From positions 64,001-79,840 of IMG/VR virus record IMGVR_UViG_3300023174_000136: a DNA stretch of 15,840 nt. One strand, given 5' to 3'. Below, in pieces: positions 1-7,534 of this stretch (position 1 is its first letter; each line of letters starts with the position of its first letter). The position numbers and the translations under genes are program-made. Under the pieces are notes generated by a model. That model was not told the origin of the DNA and searched no databases. It was given only the letters and a program-made list of their open reading frames with translations. This stretch comes from a virus (taxonomy: Duplodnaviria > Heunggongvirae > Uroviricota > Caudoviricetes).

Positions 1-21
1 TTTTAATATCTAGGAATAACC

Positions 22-168
22 ATGGTTCTTAAAAGTAAGTTTTTAGAAGAATTATTTCAGGAAATTCCCGTTGAAAGTCCTTTAAGAGTCAGAGCGTTTC
101 TGCTGTTTGTTCTTCTGAAATCAGATAATCTTAATAAAGATGATCTGAAAGTTTGGATTTCAAGTTGA
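22..168 (+). CDS. small hypothetical protein (48 aa, MVLKSKFLEELF...KVWISS)
   Basis: Hand-translated open frame ATG22-TGA168 with AGGA at 12-15. Below the ORF-track length cutoff. Confidence 0.5.
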   Translation: MVLKSKFLEELFQEIPVESPLRVRAFLLFVLLKSDNLNKDDLKVWISS

Positions 169-193
169 CAGTCGCTAATTAATCTACTATAAT
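165..193 (+). promoter_or_regulatory. sigma70-type promoter for nadM-Nudix
   Basis: TTGACA (165-170), 17-bp spacer, TATAAT (188-193): perfect consensus. Confidence 0.9.
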
Positions 194-205
194 AAATAAA
201 CATGC

Positions 206-222
206 AGAGAGATAGACTCTCT
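206..222 (+). promoter_or_regulatory. 5' leader hairpin AGAGAG-ATAGA-CTCTCT
   Basis: Perfect 6-bp stem with ATAGA loop, between the promoter and the AAGGAG RBS (240-245). The same loop recurs upstream of nadV. Confidence 0.7.
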
Positions 223-254
223 ACACTAAAATCGCTTCAAAGGAGTTTTGAGCA

Positions 255-1331
255 ATGAATAAAGAATTTGACCTATTGGTCTTTGTTGGTAGATTCTCTC
301 CATTTCACAACGAGCACAAGCGAGTTATTGACATCGCGCTCGAAAAATCAAAAAATGTTCTAGTACTTATTGGCAGCTCGGGCAAAGCTCGGACCATCCG
401 AAATCCCTTCACCTTTGATGAACGGAAGGAGATGATTCGAAGTTCTTTTGATTCGTCTTTCTGTCCGCGTGGCGCCGCCGAAGGCGATGGTCCTCTAATC
501 ATCAAGCCTCTCTATGACAAGACTTATAACGATGCTGCCTGGATTAAACAGGTACAGGATGTTGTCAAGGATACTACGCTTGAAGTTATCAATACCGGTG
601 GCTTTATAGCTTCTGGTTATAATGACGCCAAGGTTGGACTAATTGGTGCAAGTAAGGATGGTACCAGTTACTACCTTAAATTGTTCCCACAATGGAATTC
701 GGTAAACGTTGCCATTGAAGCTGATGTACACGCTACTGCTATTCGCGAATCCTTTTATGAAGATGAAATTGTTTATAGCGATGCTCCACTTCCTGGAAAT
801 GTTATCAACTGGATGAACGAGTTCACTCTTACTGATGAGTGCGAGGCAATCCGCCGTGAGTATTGGTTTGTGAAATCATATAAGCAACAATGGGCAGTTT
901 CGCCATATCCGGTTAAACATGCCACAGTGGACTGTGTCGTGGAACAAAGCGGCCACATTCTACTGGTCAAGCGTCGGTCGGAACCGGGTAAGGGATTATG
1001 GGCATTGCCCGGTGGACACTTGAATGAGTTTGAAACGCAACTTGATGGTGCTATTCGTGAACTGCGTGAAGAAACCAAAATCAAGGTTCCGGAAGCTGTG
1101 CTTCGTGGCAACATTGTAGCAAATCGCACGTTTGACGATCCTTACCGCTCAACGATTGGTCGAGTAATTACTCAGGCATATCATATCAAGCTGCCAGACG
1201 CCGTTGAACTGCCTCGTGTCAAGGGTGCTGACGATGCTGAAAAGGCACGGTGGATTCCAATCAGCGATCTTCGCGAGGATCAGTTCTTTGACGATCACTT
1301 TTTCATCATCGGCTACTTCCTAGGACTTTGA
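255..1331 (+). CDS. nadM: bifunctional NMN adenylyltransferase / Nudix (ADP-ribose pyrophosphatase-type) hydrolase, NadM-Nudix (NatV-like)
   Basis: N-terminal VFVGRFSPFHNEH (HxGH-like), LIGSS, RNPFTFDER and HATAIR motifs. C-terminal Nudix box GGHLNEFETQLDGAIRELREET and GADDAEKARW. Strong RBS. Confidence 0.93.
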   Translation: MNKEFDLLVFVGRFSPFHNEHKRVIDIALEKSKNVLVLIGSSGKARTIRNPFTFDERKEMIRSSFDSSFCPRGAAEGDGPLIIKPLYDKTYNDAAWIKQVQDVVKDTTLEVINTGGFIASGYNDAKVGLIGASKDGTSYYLKLFPQWNSVNVAIEADVHATAIRESFYEDEIVYSDAPLPGNVINWMNEFTLTDECEAIRREYWFVKSYKQQWAVSPYPVKHATVDCVVEQSGHILLVKRRSEPGKGLWALPGGHLNEFETQLDGAIRELREETKIKVPEAVLRGNIVANRTFDDPYRSTIGRVITQAYHIKLPDAVELPRVKGADDAEKARWIPISDLREDQFFDDHFFIIGYFLGL

Positions 1332-1333
1332 TT

Positions 1334-1549
1334 ATGCGTATTCGTGCTGTTATTGAATTTGACATGAAGTTTGACGATGATCTTGTTAGTATTGAAGAAC
1401 TCATGCAGAATTGTAAAAAGTGGGGTTTTGTAAAAGACCCTACTCCCGAGAACTGTATCGCCATGGTTATTAAGGATCTACTTGAGGACGAACACCGTGG
1501 CACAGCGGAGTATGACAGTGCTGTTGTATCTATTCAGGAGATTGCATAA
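1334..1549 (+). CDS. hypothetical protein (71 aa)
   Basis: ORF directly after nadM with AGGA at 1322-1325. ATG1334 preferred over TTG1328. TAATG overlap with the next gene. Confidence 0.65.
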   Translation: MRIRAVIEFDMKFDDDLVSIEELMQNCKKWGFVKDPTPENCIAMVIKDLLEDEHRGTAEYDSAVVSIQEIA

Positions 1550-1755
1550 TGTTTGATCTTTACACGTTTCCTTCTTGTGATTGCAATACTATCGAAGTCT
1601 ATGTAGGCGGAGTTGATGATTATTTTGAGATCGAGGATTGGCTGACGGATAACTATTGTCGTTTCCTAGGTGATGCATCGCCCATGGCATTGTATCATAC
1701 TTTTAAGTTTCCTGATACGGAAACCAAGGCTCGGTTTTTGGAGAGGTTCTCATGA
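1549..1755 (+). CDS. hypothetical protein (68 aa)
   Basis: TAATG coupling to the previous gene, CAGGAG RBS, ATGA overlap with the next gene. Confidence 0.65.
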   Translation: MFDLYTFPSCDCNTIEVYVGGVDDYFEIEDWLTDNYCRFLGDASPMALYHTFKFPDTETKARFLERFS

Positions 1756-1862
1756 AAATCTCTAAAAAGATCCAAGAATTGACAGGTATGGATATGATGC
1801 AACTATTACTAGGTGCCGGACCGTTAATAGGTGTAATCGTGATTCTATTAGGGAGATGGTAA
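1752..1862 (+). CDS. small single-pass membrane peptide (36 aa, MKISKKIQELTGMDMMQLLLGAGPLIGVIVILLGRW)
   Basis: Hand-translated. ATGA overlap upstream, TAATG overlap downstream, GAGAGG RBS, hydrophobic C-terminal half. Confidence 0.6.
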   Translation: MKISKKIQELTGMDMMQLLLGAGPLIGVIVILLGRW

Positions 1863-2209
1863 TGACTAATTTTATGCGCAAGACTAAGAGTCGTTTAACA
1901 GACATCACCTATGGTCCCAACACTCAAGAAGTCGATGATCTACTAGTGTTTACCACCGCCGGTGAATTAGTTAAGCAAGGATATCGCGGCGTAAGTAATG
2001 CATACTGCCACATTGCCCGGCCTGATAAAGAAGATTGGGTGGTTGAACTTGCCCGCCAGCTGCGCCGGGCTCCTGCAGATTTTTATGTTCCTGGTGAAAT
2101 TAAAGTTGCAGAAAATTGGCAAGATCATTATAATCGTGTTTATACTAAAGATGTTCACACTGTACATCCTAGGGTATACGATGCTATGAAAAAGATGAGA
2201 GGATACTGA
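1862..2209 (+). CDS. hypothetical protein (115 aa)
   Basis: ORF-track frame. Start set at ATG1862 because of the TAATG overlap and GGGAG RBS. Confidence 0.65.
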   Translation: MTNFMRKTKSRLTDITYGPNTQEVDDLLVFTTAGELVKQGYRGVSNAYCHIARPDKEDWVVELARQLRRAPADFYVPGEIKVAENWQDHYNRVYTKDVHTVHPRVYDAMKKMRGY

Positions 2210-2210
2210 T

Positions 2211-2381
2211 ATGAGATACGAGTTAAGAAGGTGGACTGATGAAGAGCACATTGACTATGTTGTTCGCTATGCTTCGGATGATTTAGAATCATTAAAGGCA
2301 CAACTTGATCGTGTAAAAACTTCCTCGTCCGAGCCTAATATGAATTACATCGTAGATACGGTCGGTGAATACGATGACTAA
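2211..2381 (+). CDS. hypothetical protein (56 aa, MRYELRRWTDEEH...VGEYDD)
   Basis: Hand-translated. Fills the gap, has a GAGG RBS upstream and overlaps the macrodomain start by 8 nt. Confidence 0.6.
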   Translation: MRYELRRWTDEEHIDYVVRYASDDLESLKAQLDRVKTSSSEPNMNYIVDTVGEYDD

Positions 2382-2862
2382 GTTAATTCATGCCTCGGGT
2401 AATCTTATCGATATGGCAGAACAGGGTCTGTTCAATGTCATTGTTCATGGTTGTAACTGTCAGGTCACAATGGGATCAGGTATTGCGCGAGAGATTAGAG
2501 AACGTCATCCTTCTGCATATCAGGCTGATATTGACTTTGATAAGCCAAGTCATCATCGTATCAGTAAACTAGGTAACTATAGTAGCACGGTTATTGATAG
2601 TGATAGATACATGTTCACTATTATTAACGCTTATACTCAATACCAATTCTTTCCACGGGGCATTGATCATTTTGACTATGAATCATTTGCCTTAATACTT
2701 CGTAAATTCTCTCACGTCTATCCAGGCTATCGGTTTGGATTTCCATATATAGGCTGCGGTTTAGCTGGCGGTAACAAGGAACTCATTGTTGCTATGTTGG
2801 AAGACTTTGCTGAAACTGTATCTGCACAGCATGGTAAAGTTACTCTAGTGGAATTTAAATAG
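2374..2862 (+). CDS. macrodomain protein (Poa1p/TARG1/DarG-like class; ADP-ribose binding or hydrolysis)
   Basis: GNL, IVHGCNC-x3-MGSGIA, IINAYTQ and FPYIGCGLAGG motifs. ATG2374 preferred over GTG2365. Ends in TAG. Confidence 0.88.
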   Translation: MTKLIHASGNLIDMAEQGLFNVIVHGCNCQVTMGSGIAREIRERHPSAYQADIDFDKPSHHRISKLGNYSSTVIDSDRYMFTIINAYTQYQFFPRGIDHFDYESFALILRKFSHVYPGYRFGFPYIGCGLAGGNKELIVAMLEDFAETVSAQHGKVTLVEFK

Positions 2863-3479
2863 TGTCGGACAGTAGACAAGATTTTATTGACTCATGGCTG
2901 ACAGAGATGCCAGTCGGTGTTGGTAAAATTGGACATGGATTTTTTTCTGTAATCAAACACAATGTTTTAGATTTCATTGAAAACGGCATTACTCCTGAAC
3001 AATTGCCCAATGGCTATAAAAGAATCATTGGTTCACAAACGGCTTTTTACTGGCACGAGACTGATGGGGAAATTGATATTGCATGTGAACTTTCGGTTGC
3101 TCCCCAATCACTGACTGTTAATGCTATTGGAAAACCTGCAGAATCCAAGATGCATGCCAGTGATTTATATAACGTTGTTTTACAAAACACAAATGTTTCT
3201 ATTCGCTTTATGAGCGATAAGAAACTTTCTGATTCTGGATATGATCTGTGGAAACGTTTACTATCAATGGGCCACACTGTGTCAGTTTATGACAGTTCTG
3301 CGCCAGGAAATAGTCTTATAACTATGAAAACAGTGGACGATCTTGATAGATTTTATCGAGCAGGTGACAATTCATACGAACGATATCAATTTGTGTTATC
3401 TGAAAGTGGAATGATGTTAGCCGAAACAAGATCATTTTTCAACACAAGAAGAATGCGCGAGTTGTCTGGATTACTTTAA
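2862..3479 (+). CDS. hypothetical protein, possible GNAT-like fold
   Basis: 205-aa ORF. Segment FMSDKKLSDSGYDLWKRL resembles the distal strand-helix of GNAT-like phage proteins. The fold is inference only. Confidence 0.55.
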   Translation: MSDSRQDFIDSWLTEMPVGVGKIGHGFFSVIKHNVLDFIENGITPEQLPNGYKRIIGSQTAFYWHETDGEIDIACELSVAPQSLTVNAIGKPAESKMHASDLYNVVLQNTNVSIRFMSDKKLSDSGYDLWKRLLSMGHTVSVYDSSAPGNSLITMKTVDDLDRFYRAGDNSYERYQFVLSESGMMLAETRSFFNTRRMRELSGLL

Positions 3480-3488
3480 GGAGGTACA

Positions 3489-3752
3489 ATGATGAAGAAA
3501 TTTTTAGTAGAAACCATTTCAATGTTTAGGCACACCTATGTAATTGAATGTGAACATGAAGATCATGCAGCCGACACCGTAGTGATGAATGAAGTGGAAG
3601 AATTTTCACAGAACCATATTGATGAGAATATATTTTCCATTCGTGAAGTCACCGATGCAGAAATTATTCCACTATGTGATCGAGAAAATCCATATCTAAA
3701 AGAATGGACAGGTGAACAGAAAATGTCACTTGTTCATCGAGTAATCTATTAA
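3489..3752 (+). CDS. conserved-looking phage hypothetical protein (87 aa)
   Basis: Strong AAGGAGG RBS, clean ORF. The KFLVETISMFRHTYVIE pattern is reminiscent of large-phage hypotheticals. Confidence 0.75.
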   Translation: MMKKFLVETISMFRHTYVIECEHEDHAADTVVMNEVEEFSQNHIDENIFSIREVTDAEIIPLCDRENPYLKEWTGEQKMSLVHRVIY

Positions 3753-3767
3753 TTATTTTGGAATTGA

Positions 3768-4481
3768 ATGATGCAATATACGATGCCGACTACTCGGCAA
3801 ATTGCCGGAAGAGAGGCAAAACTATTTGGACATGTATTTGAACACCGGGTGTGTGATGTTTTATCGTCACGATTCAAGCAAGATTTTATACACGACGGAT
3901 CTTGCAACACAAAAGTTGATATACGAAGTGAAGATGATACTATGCGATTTAGTGTTAAGAAAACTCCAACTGATCTGCAGGTAGGCTTGATTACTCAACA
4001 AAATTTTATTGAGGCAATGAATATCACAGATAATAAAATTGAACAATTCATATCTGAATTTTTCGGAGGAGACACCGTTGCATCGTTTTCTCGCCACAGA
4101 AAAAAAATAGACGAAATTGATCAGACATTAGTAGACGCATTTGAACAGTTCCTTGATAGTTCAAAAGAAGACATATTCAGAGTTGCAATAACGCATGGCG
4201 GACTAAATCACTACGATAATGTGAACTACATGCTTTTTCCCGATGTTAGGCATGATATTAGCACAATGAAGAAAATCGATTTATCTTCACTATTGGATGA
4301 CATTAAAAAAAATAGCGTCTGGAGATTTAATCCAACTACAATAGATTTGTTAATTGACGGTGTCAAGGTTATAAACATACAAATGTTTGGCAGTGGCAGA
4401 AAATATTCTAATGGTTATCATAGTTTGCAATTTCGAATTGCGTGTGGAAAAATAAATAGCCGACATGTATCGTGGCTATAG
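3768..4481 (+). CDS. putative PD-(D/E)XK type II restriction endonuclease, HinP1I/MspI-like
   Basis: GHVFEHRV helix, KVD...SVK catalytic-type motif, and C-terminal INIQMFGSG...HSLQFRI resembling the IQRKGG...LQFK region of HinP1I-like enzymes. Adjacent to a methyltransferase. Ends in TAG. Confidence 0.6.
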   Translation: MMQYTMPTTRQIAGREAKLFGHVFEHRVCDVLSSRFKQDFIHDGSCNTKVDIRSEDDTMRFSVKKTPTDLQVGLITQQNFIEAMNITDNKIEQFISEFFGGDTVASFSRHRKKIDEIDQTLVDAFEQFLDSSKEDIFRVAITHGGLNHYDNVNYMLFPDVRHDISTMKKIDLSSLLDDIKKNSVWRFNPTTIDLLIDGVKVINIQMFGSGRKYSNGYHSLQFRIACGKINSRHVSWL

Positions 4482-4595
4482 GAGTATATTGTCATTTTGT
4501 ATGAACCGAGTGCAAAATTCCAGGACTGAAGATATCGCAGATATAAGAGAGTCAATGGCACTGCAAAATATTTTAAATTATTTTTAAAACAATAC

Positions 4596-4624
4596 TTGAT
4601 ATAAATCCTCAAGTGTTGTATAAT
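4596..4624 (+). promoter_or_regulatory. sigma70-type promoter upstream of the methyltransferase
   Basis: TTGATA (4596-4601), 17-bp spacer, TATAAT (4619-4624). Confidence 0.6.
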
Positions 4625-4752
4625 TGACATATGTTTTGTGGACTGTGTAATATATCTCACAATCAGTCCTCGGCAAGGCAGAAGTATATCTGATCTTTGT
4701 CCTTGCAGTATGTCACAAATAGGTGATCAATTAAATAACAAAAAGGAATAAC

Positions 4753-6033
4753 ATGTTACAATCGCATCCCACGATGAATCCTCTAATTTTTACTAAACAA
4801 GATTTTTATAATCAATTTACTTTGCCACAGGTATCCTTTGAGGAATTTTGTAGTCGGGTTAGTGTTTTAAATATTAGTGATAAGACTGGGTCTTTTGCAA
4901 TAAGAAGTGATTTAGATTCTTTTTTAGAAAAAGTATGCAAGAAAGATACAGACACCCGCAAAGATCGGATTGACATCTACAAACGGAATTTATATAAAAT
5001 TTTAGTAACTGATGTAAAAGAAACTCTTGCAGAATGGTTTAGGCGATATGGAGAATTAAAGGAACCGTTACATTACTATTTCAATTTGCCTGATTCTAAT
5101 ATCTTAAATGACGATGTGTTTTCAGGAAGAACTAAATCTAAATACGGTAAAATCTGTAAAAATATTAATTTTTCCAATTTTTATAACACGAAGAAGTTAT
5201 ATTTAAATGATAGTGAGTATACCTTTGGGTTGATGAAAGTTATGCTCGAAGAATTCAAATTGCGAAATAGTTTAGTGGGACCCGCATTCTTTGATCATAT
5301 CTGTAAATATGATGGCAATAGCGGCCAGTTTTGGTTAGATTTTATGATTGGTTCTAACCGTGCTAGTATTTTTAATCCCGTGACCTACAAAGGCATTCTG
5401 AAAGAAGTATTCACAGGAGAGACATTGTTTGCTCCAGTGATGGGATGGAATGCATACCAGTTAGGATTTTATGGTAGTAATTTCACTAATTTTATCTCTA
5501 CAGATGTTATTCCCGAAGTAGTTAATAATGGAAAATTGCTACATCAAGAATATTTACAATATCAAAATGACAGCTTATTTGATTCTCCTAAAAAAAATGT
5601 CGAGTTGTATCTGTGTCCCAGTGAATTGTTAGACAAAAATTATAACTTTTCTGAAAAACACGCCGAGTGCGTAGATGCAGTATTGCTTAGTCCTCCGTAT
5701 TTTGATTTAGAAATCTATCCCAGTGACGATCAAAGTATCACGAATTTTCCTGATTATCAATCTTGGTTAATTGGTTATTGGGAAGAAACCGTGAAAATAT
5801 GTGTTAAGGTGATGAAACCCGGTGCAAGGCTAGGATTTGTTATAAGCAACTACTGCAATTTTGATAAAAAAGAGGTCACTATCAGTCAAGACATGCGCGA
5901 TGTTGTAGCAAATCATTTAGAACTTTTTAAACATTACCGAATTCAATGGAGTTCTATATCAGGTACTCGGCAGGCCAAGAAAACTAGAAACGGAAACTAC
6001 GAGGATCTCTGGGTATTTGAAAAAACCGTTTGA
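4753..6033 (+). CDS. SAM-dependent DNA amino-methyltransferase (N4-C or N6-A), SPPY type
   Basis: Atypical motif I LFAPVMGWNAY (residue ~225), acidic motif ISTDV, catalytic VLLSPPYFDLEIY (S313), MKPGARLGFVIS. AAGGA RBS. Confidence 0.8.
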   Translation: MLQSHPTMNPLIFTKQDFYNQFTLPQVSFEEFCSRVSVLNISDKTGSFAIRSDLDSFLEKVCKKDTDTRKDRIDIYKRNLYKILVTDVKETLAEWFRRYGELKEPLHYYFNLPDSNILNDDVFSGRTKSKYGKICKNINFSNFYNTKKLYLNDSEYTFGLMKVMLEEFKLRNSLVGPAFFDHICKYDGNSGQFWLDFMIGSNRASIFNPVTYKGILKEVFTGETLFAPVMGWNAYQLGFYGSNFTNFISTDVIPEVVNNGKLLHQEYLQYQNDSLFDSPKKNVELYLCPSELLDKNYNFSEKHAECVDAVLLSPPYFDLEIYPSDDQSITNFPDYQSWLIGYWEETVKICVKVMKPGARLGFVISNYCNFDKKEVTISQDMRDVVANHLELFKHYRIQWSSISGTRQAKKTRNGNYEDLWVFEKTV

Positions 6034-6058
6034 CACATACTCGCAGAAATAGTAAAAT
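6030..6058 (+). promoter_or_regulatory. sigma70-type promoter for nadV
   Basis: TTGACA (6030-6035), 17-bp spacer, TAAAAT (6053-6058). Confidence 0.8.
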
Positions 6059-6070
6059 ACATGCATAAGT

Positions 6071-6089
6071 CCTACAGATAGACTGCAGG
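6071..6089 (+). promoter_or_regulatory. 5' leader hairpin CCTACAG-ATAGA-CTGCAGG
   Basis: 7-position stem with one A.C mismatch. ATAGA loop closed by G-C and A-T, identical to the nadM leader. Lies upstream of the AAGGAG RBS (6104-6109). Confidence 0.7.
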
Positions 6090-6115
6090 CAAACTACATG
6101 AATAAGGAGTTTATC

Positions 6116-7483
6116 ATGACACACAACCTAATTTTGAATTCAGATTCCTACAAGTTCAGTCAGTGGGTGCAATACCCTCCTAACACGACTGCGATTTACA
6201 GCTACATTGAAAGTCGCGGCGGTCATTATGACGAAACTGTGTTCTTTGGGCTCCAGGCATTCATCAAAGAATACCTGTTGCAGCCTATTACACAGGAAAT
6301 GATCGATGAAGCAGAAGAAATTATCCTTGCACACGGCGAGCCCTTCAATCGCGAAGGCTGGGAATACATCCTTCGTGAGCATGGTGGCTATCTGCCTGTC
6401 CGTATCAAAGCAGTTCCTGAAGGCACAGTTGTTCCTGTTAAGAACATTCTGGCTTCCATTGAGAACACGGATCCTAACTGCTACTGGTTGACTTCGTTCC
6501 TTGAAACCGCATTGCTTCGTGCAATTTGGTATCCTACAACCGTGGCTACTAATAGCCGCGAAATTAAGAAGGTAATTCTTGATGCACTTGAACGTACTGG
6601 TGATCCAAGCGCTATTGATTTTAAGCTTCATGACTTTGGTGCTCGTGGCGTCAGTAGTCTCGAATCTGCTGGAATCGGGGGTGCAGCGCACTTGGTCAAC
6701 TTTATGGGCACTGATACCGTGGAGGCGCTGCTTTTTGCTCGCCGCTATTATAACGCTGATATGGCTGGGTTTTCAGTTCCTGCAATGGAACACAGTACTG
6801 TAACCAGCTGGGGCCGTGAGGGTGAGGTTGCCTCTTACCGGAACATGGTCAAGAAGAATGGCAAGCCTGGTGGTATCGTTTCCGCAGTTTCGGACAGCTA
6901 TAACATCTACGAGGCCTGCCGTTTGTGGGGTACTGAACTCAAGCAGGATGTGCTAGATTCGGGCGCTACTCTTGTTGTTCGTCCTGACTCGGGTGATCCT
7001 GCAGAAGTGGTTTGCAAGTGCCTGAGGATTCTTGATCAGCACTTTGGTCACACCCTTAATGATAAGGGCTACAAGGTTCTGAACAATGTGCGTGTTCTGC
7101 AAGGCGACGGTATTACTCACCAGACTATTCGCAGCATTATCTTCACTATCACAATGGCTGGATACAGTGCTGACAATGTGGTTTTTGGCCAAGGCGGTGC
7201 CCTGCTCCAGATTGTAAACCGTGATGACCAAAAATTCGCCATGAAGTGCTCGGCTGCACTTGTTGATGGTACCTGGGTTGATGTATTCAAAGACCCTATT
7301 ACTGACAAGGGCAAGCAAAGCAAGAAGGGCCGCCTGCATCTTTATAATTCGCCCAATGCAGGATGGATCACTACTAATGTGGCTAGTGAAGGTTTAGAAG
7401 ATCAACTGGTCACTGTGTTTGAAAACGGCAAGCTCATTAAGGAATACACATTTGACGAAGTGCGCAAAAACGCAGCCATCTAA
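6116..7483 (+). CDS. nadV: nicotinamide phosphoribosyltransferase (NAMPT)
   Basis: DSYK, LHDFGARG, EHS, VSDSY, VRPDSGDP, QGDG, GGALLQ, RD-x3-FAMK and KDPITD-x-GK-x-SKKG motifs. Start set at ATG6116, 6 nt after AAGGAG. Confidence 0.95.
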   Translation: MTHNLILNSDSYKFSQWVQYPPNTTAIYSYIESRGGHYDETVFFGLQAFIKEYLLQPITQEMIDEAEEIILAHGEPFNREGWEYILREHGGYLPVRIKAVPEGTVVPVKNILASIENTDPNCYWLTSFLETALLRAIWYPTTVATNSREIKKVILDALERTGDPSAIDFKLHDFGARGVSSLESAGIGGAAHLVNFMGTDTVEALLFARRYYNADMAGFSVPAMEHSTVTSWGREGEVASYRNMVKKNGKPGGIVSAVSDSYNIYEACRLWGTELKQDVLDSGATLVVRPDSGDPAEVVCKCLRILDQHFGHTLNDKGYKVLNNVRVLQGDGITHQTIRSIIFTITMAGYSADNVVFGQGGALLQIVNRDDQKFAMKCSAALVDGTWVDVFKDPITDKGKQSKKGRLHLYNSPNAGWITTNVASEGLEDQLVTVFENGKLIKEYTFDEVRKNAAI

Positions 7484-7491
7484 AATAATCG

Positions 7492-7520
7492 TTGACATTG
7501 AACTAATTTAGTAATATAAT
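7492..7520 (+). promoter_or_regulatory. sigma70-type promoter driving the ncRNA elements / OMP unit
   Basis: TTGACA (7492-7497), 17-bp spacer, TATAAT (7515-7520): perfect consensus. Confidence 0.9.
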
Positions 7521-7534
7521 ACACAAGTTATTAA

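Noticed and set aside
4482-4752. Controller (C) protein or other small gene between the nuclease and the MTase
   Set aside because: Only short frames (e.g. 28 aa from 4501, 20 aa from 4631) without a well-spaced RBS or HTH pattern.
6098-6115. In-frame upstream start giving MNKEFIM, the same first five residues as NadM (MNKEF)
   Set aside because: The codons AAG GAG are the Shine-Dalgarno of ATG6116, and ATG6098 has no RBS of its own. Most likely coincidence, although a duplication relic cannot be excluded.
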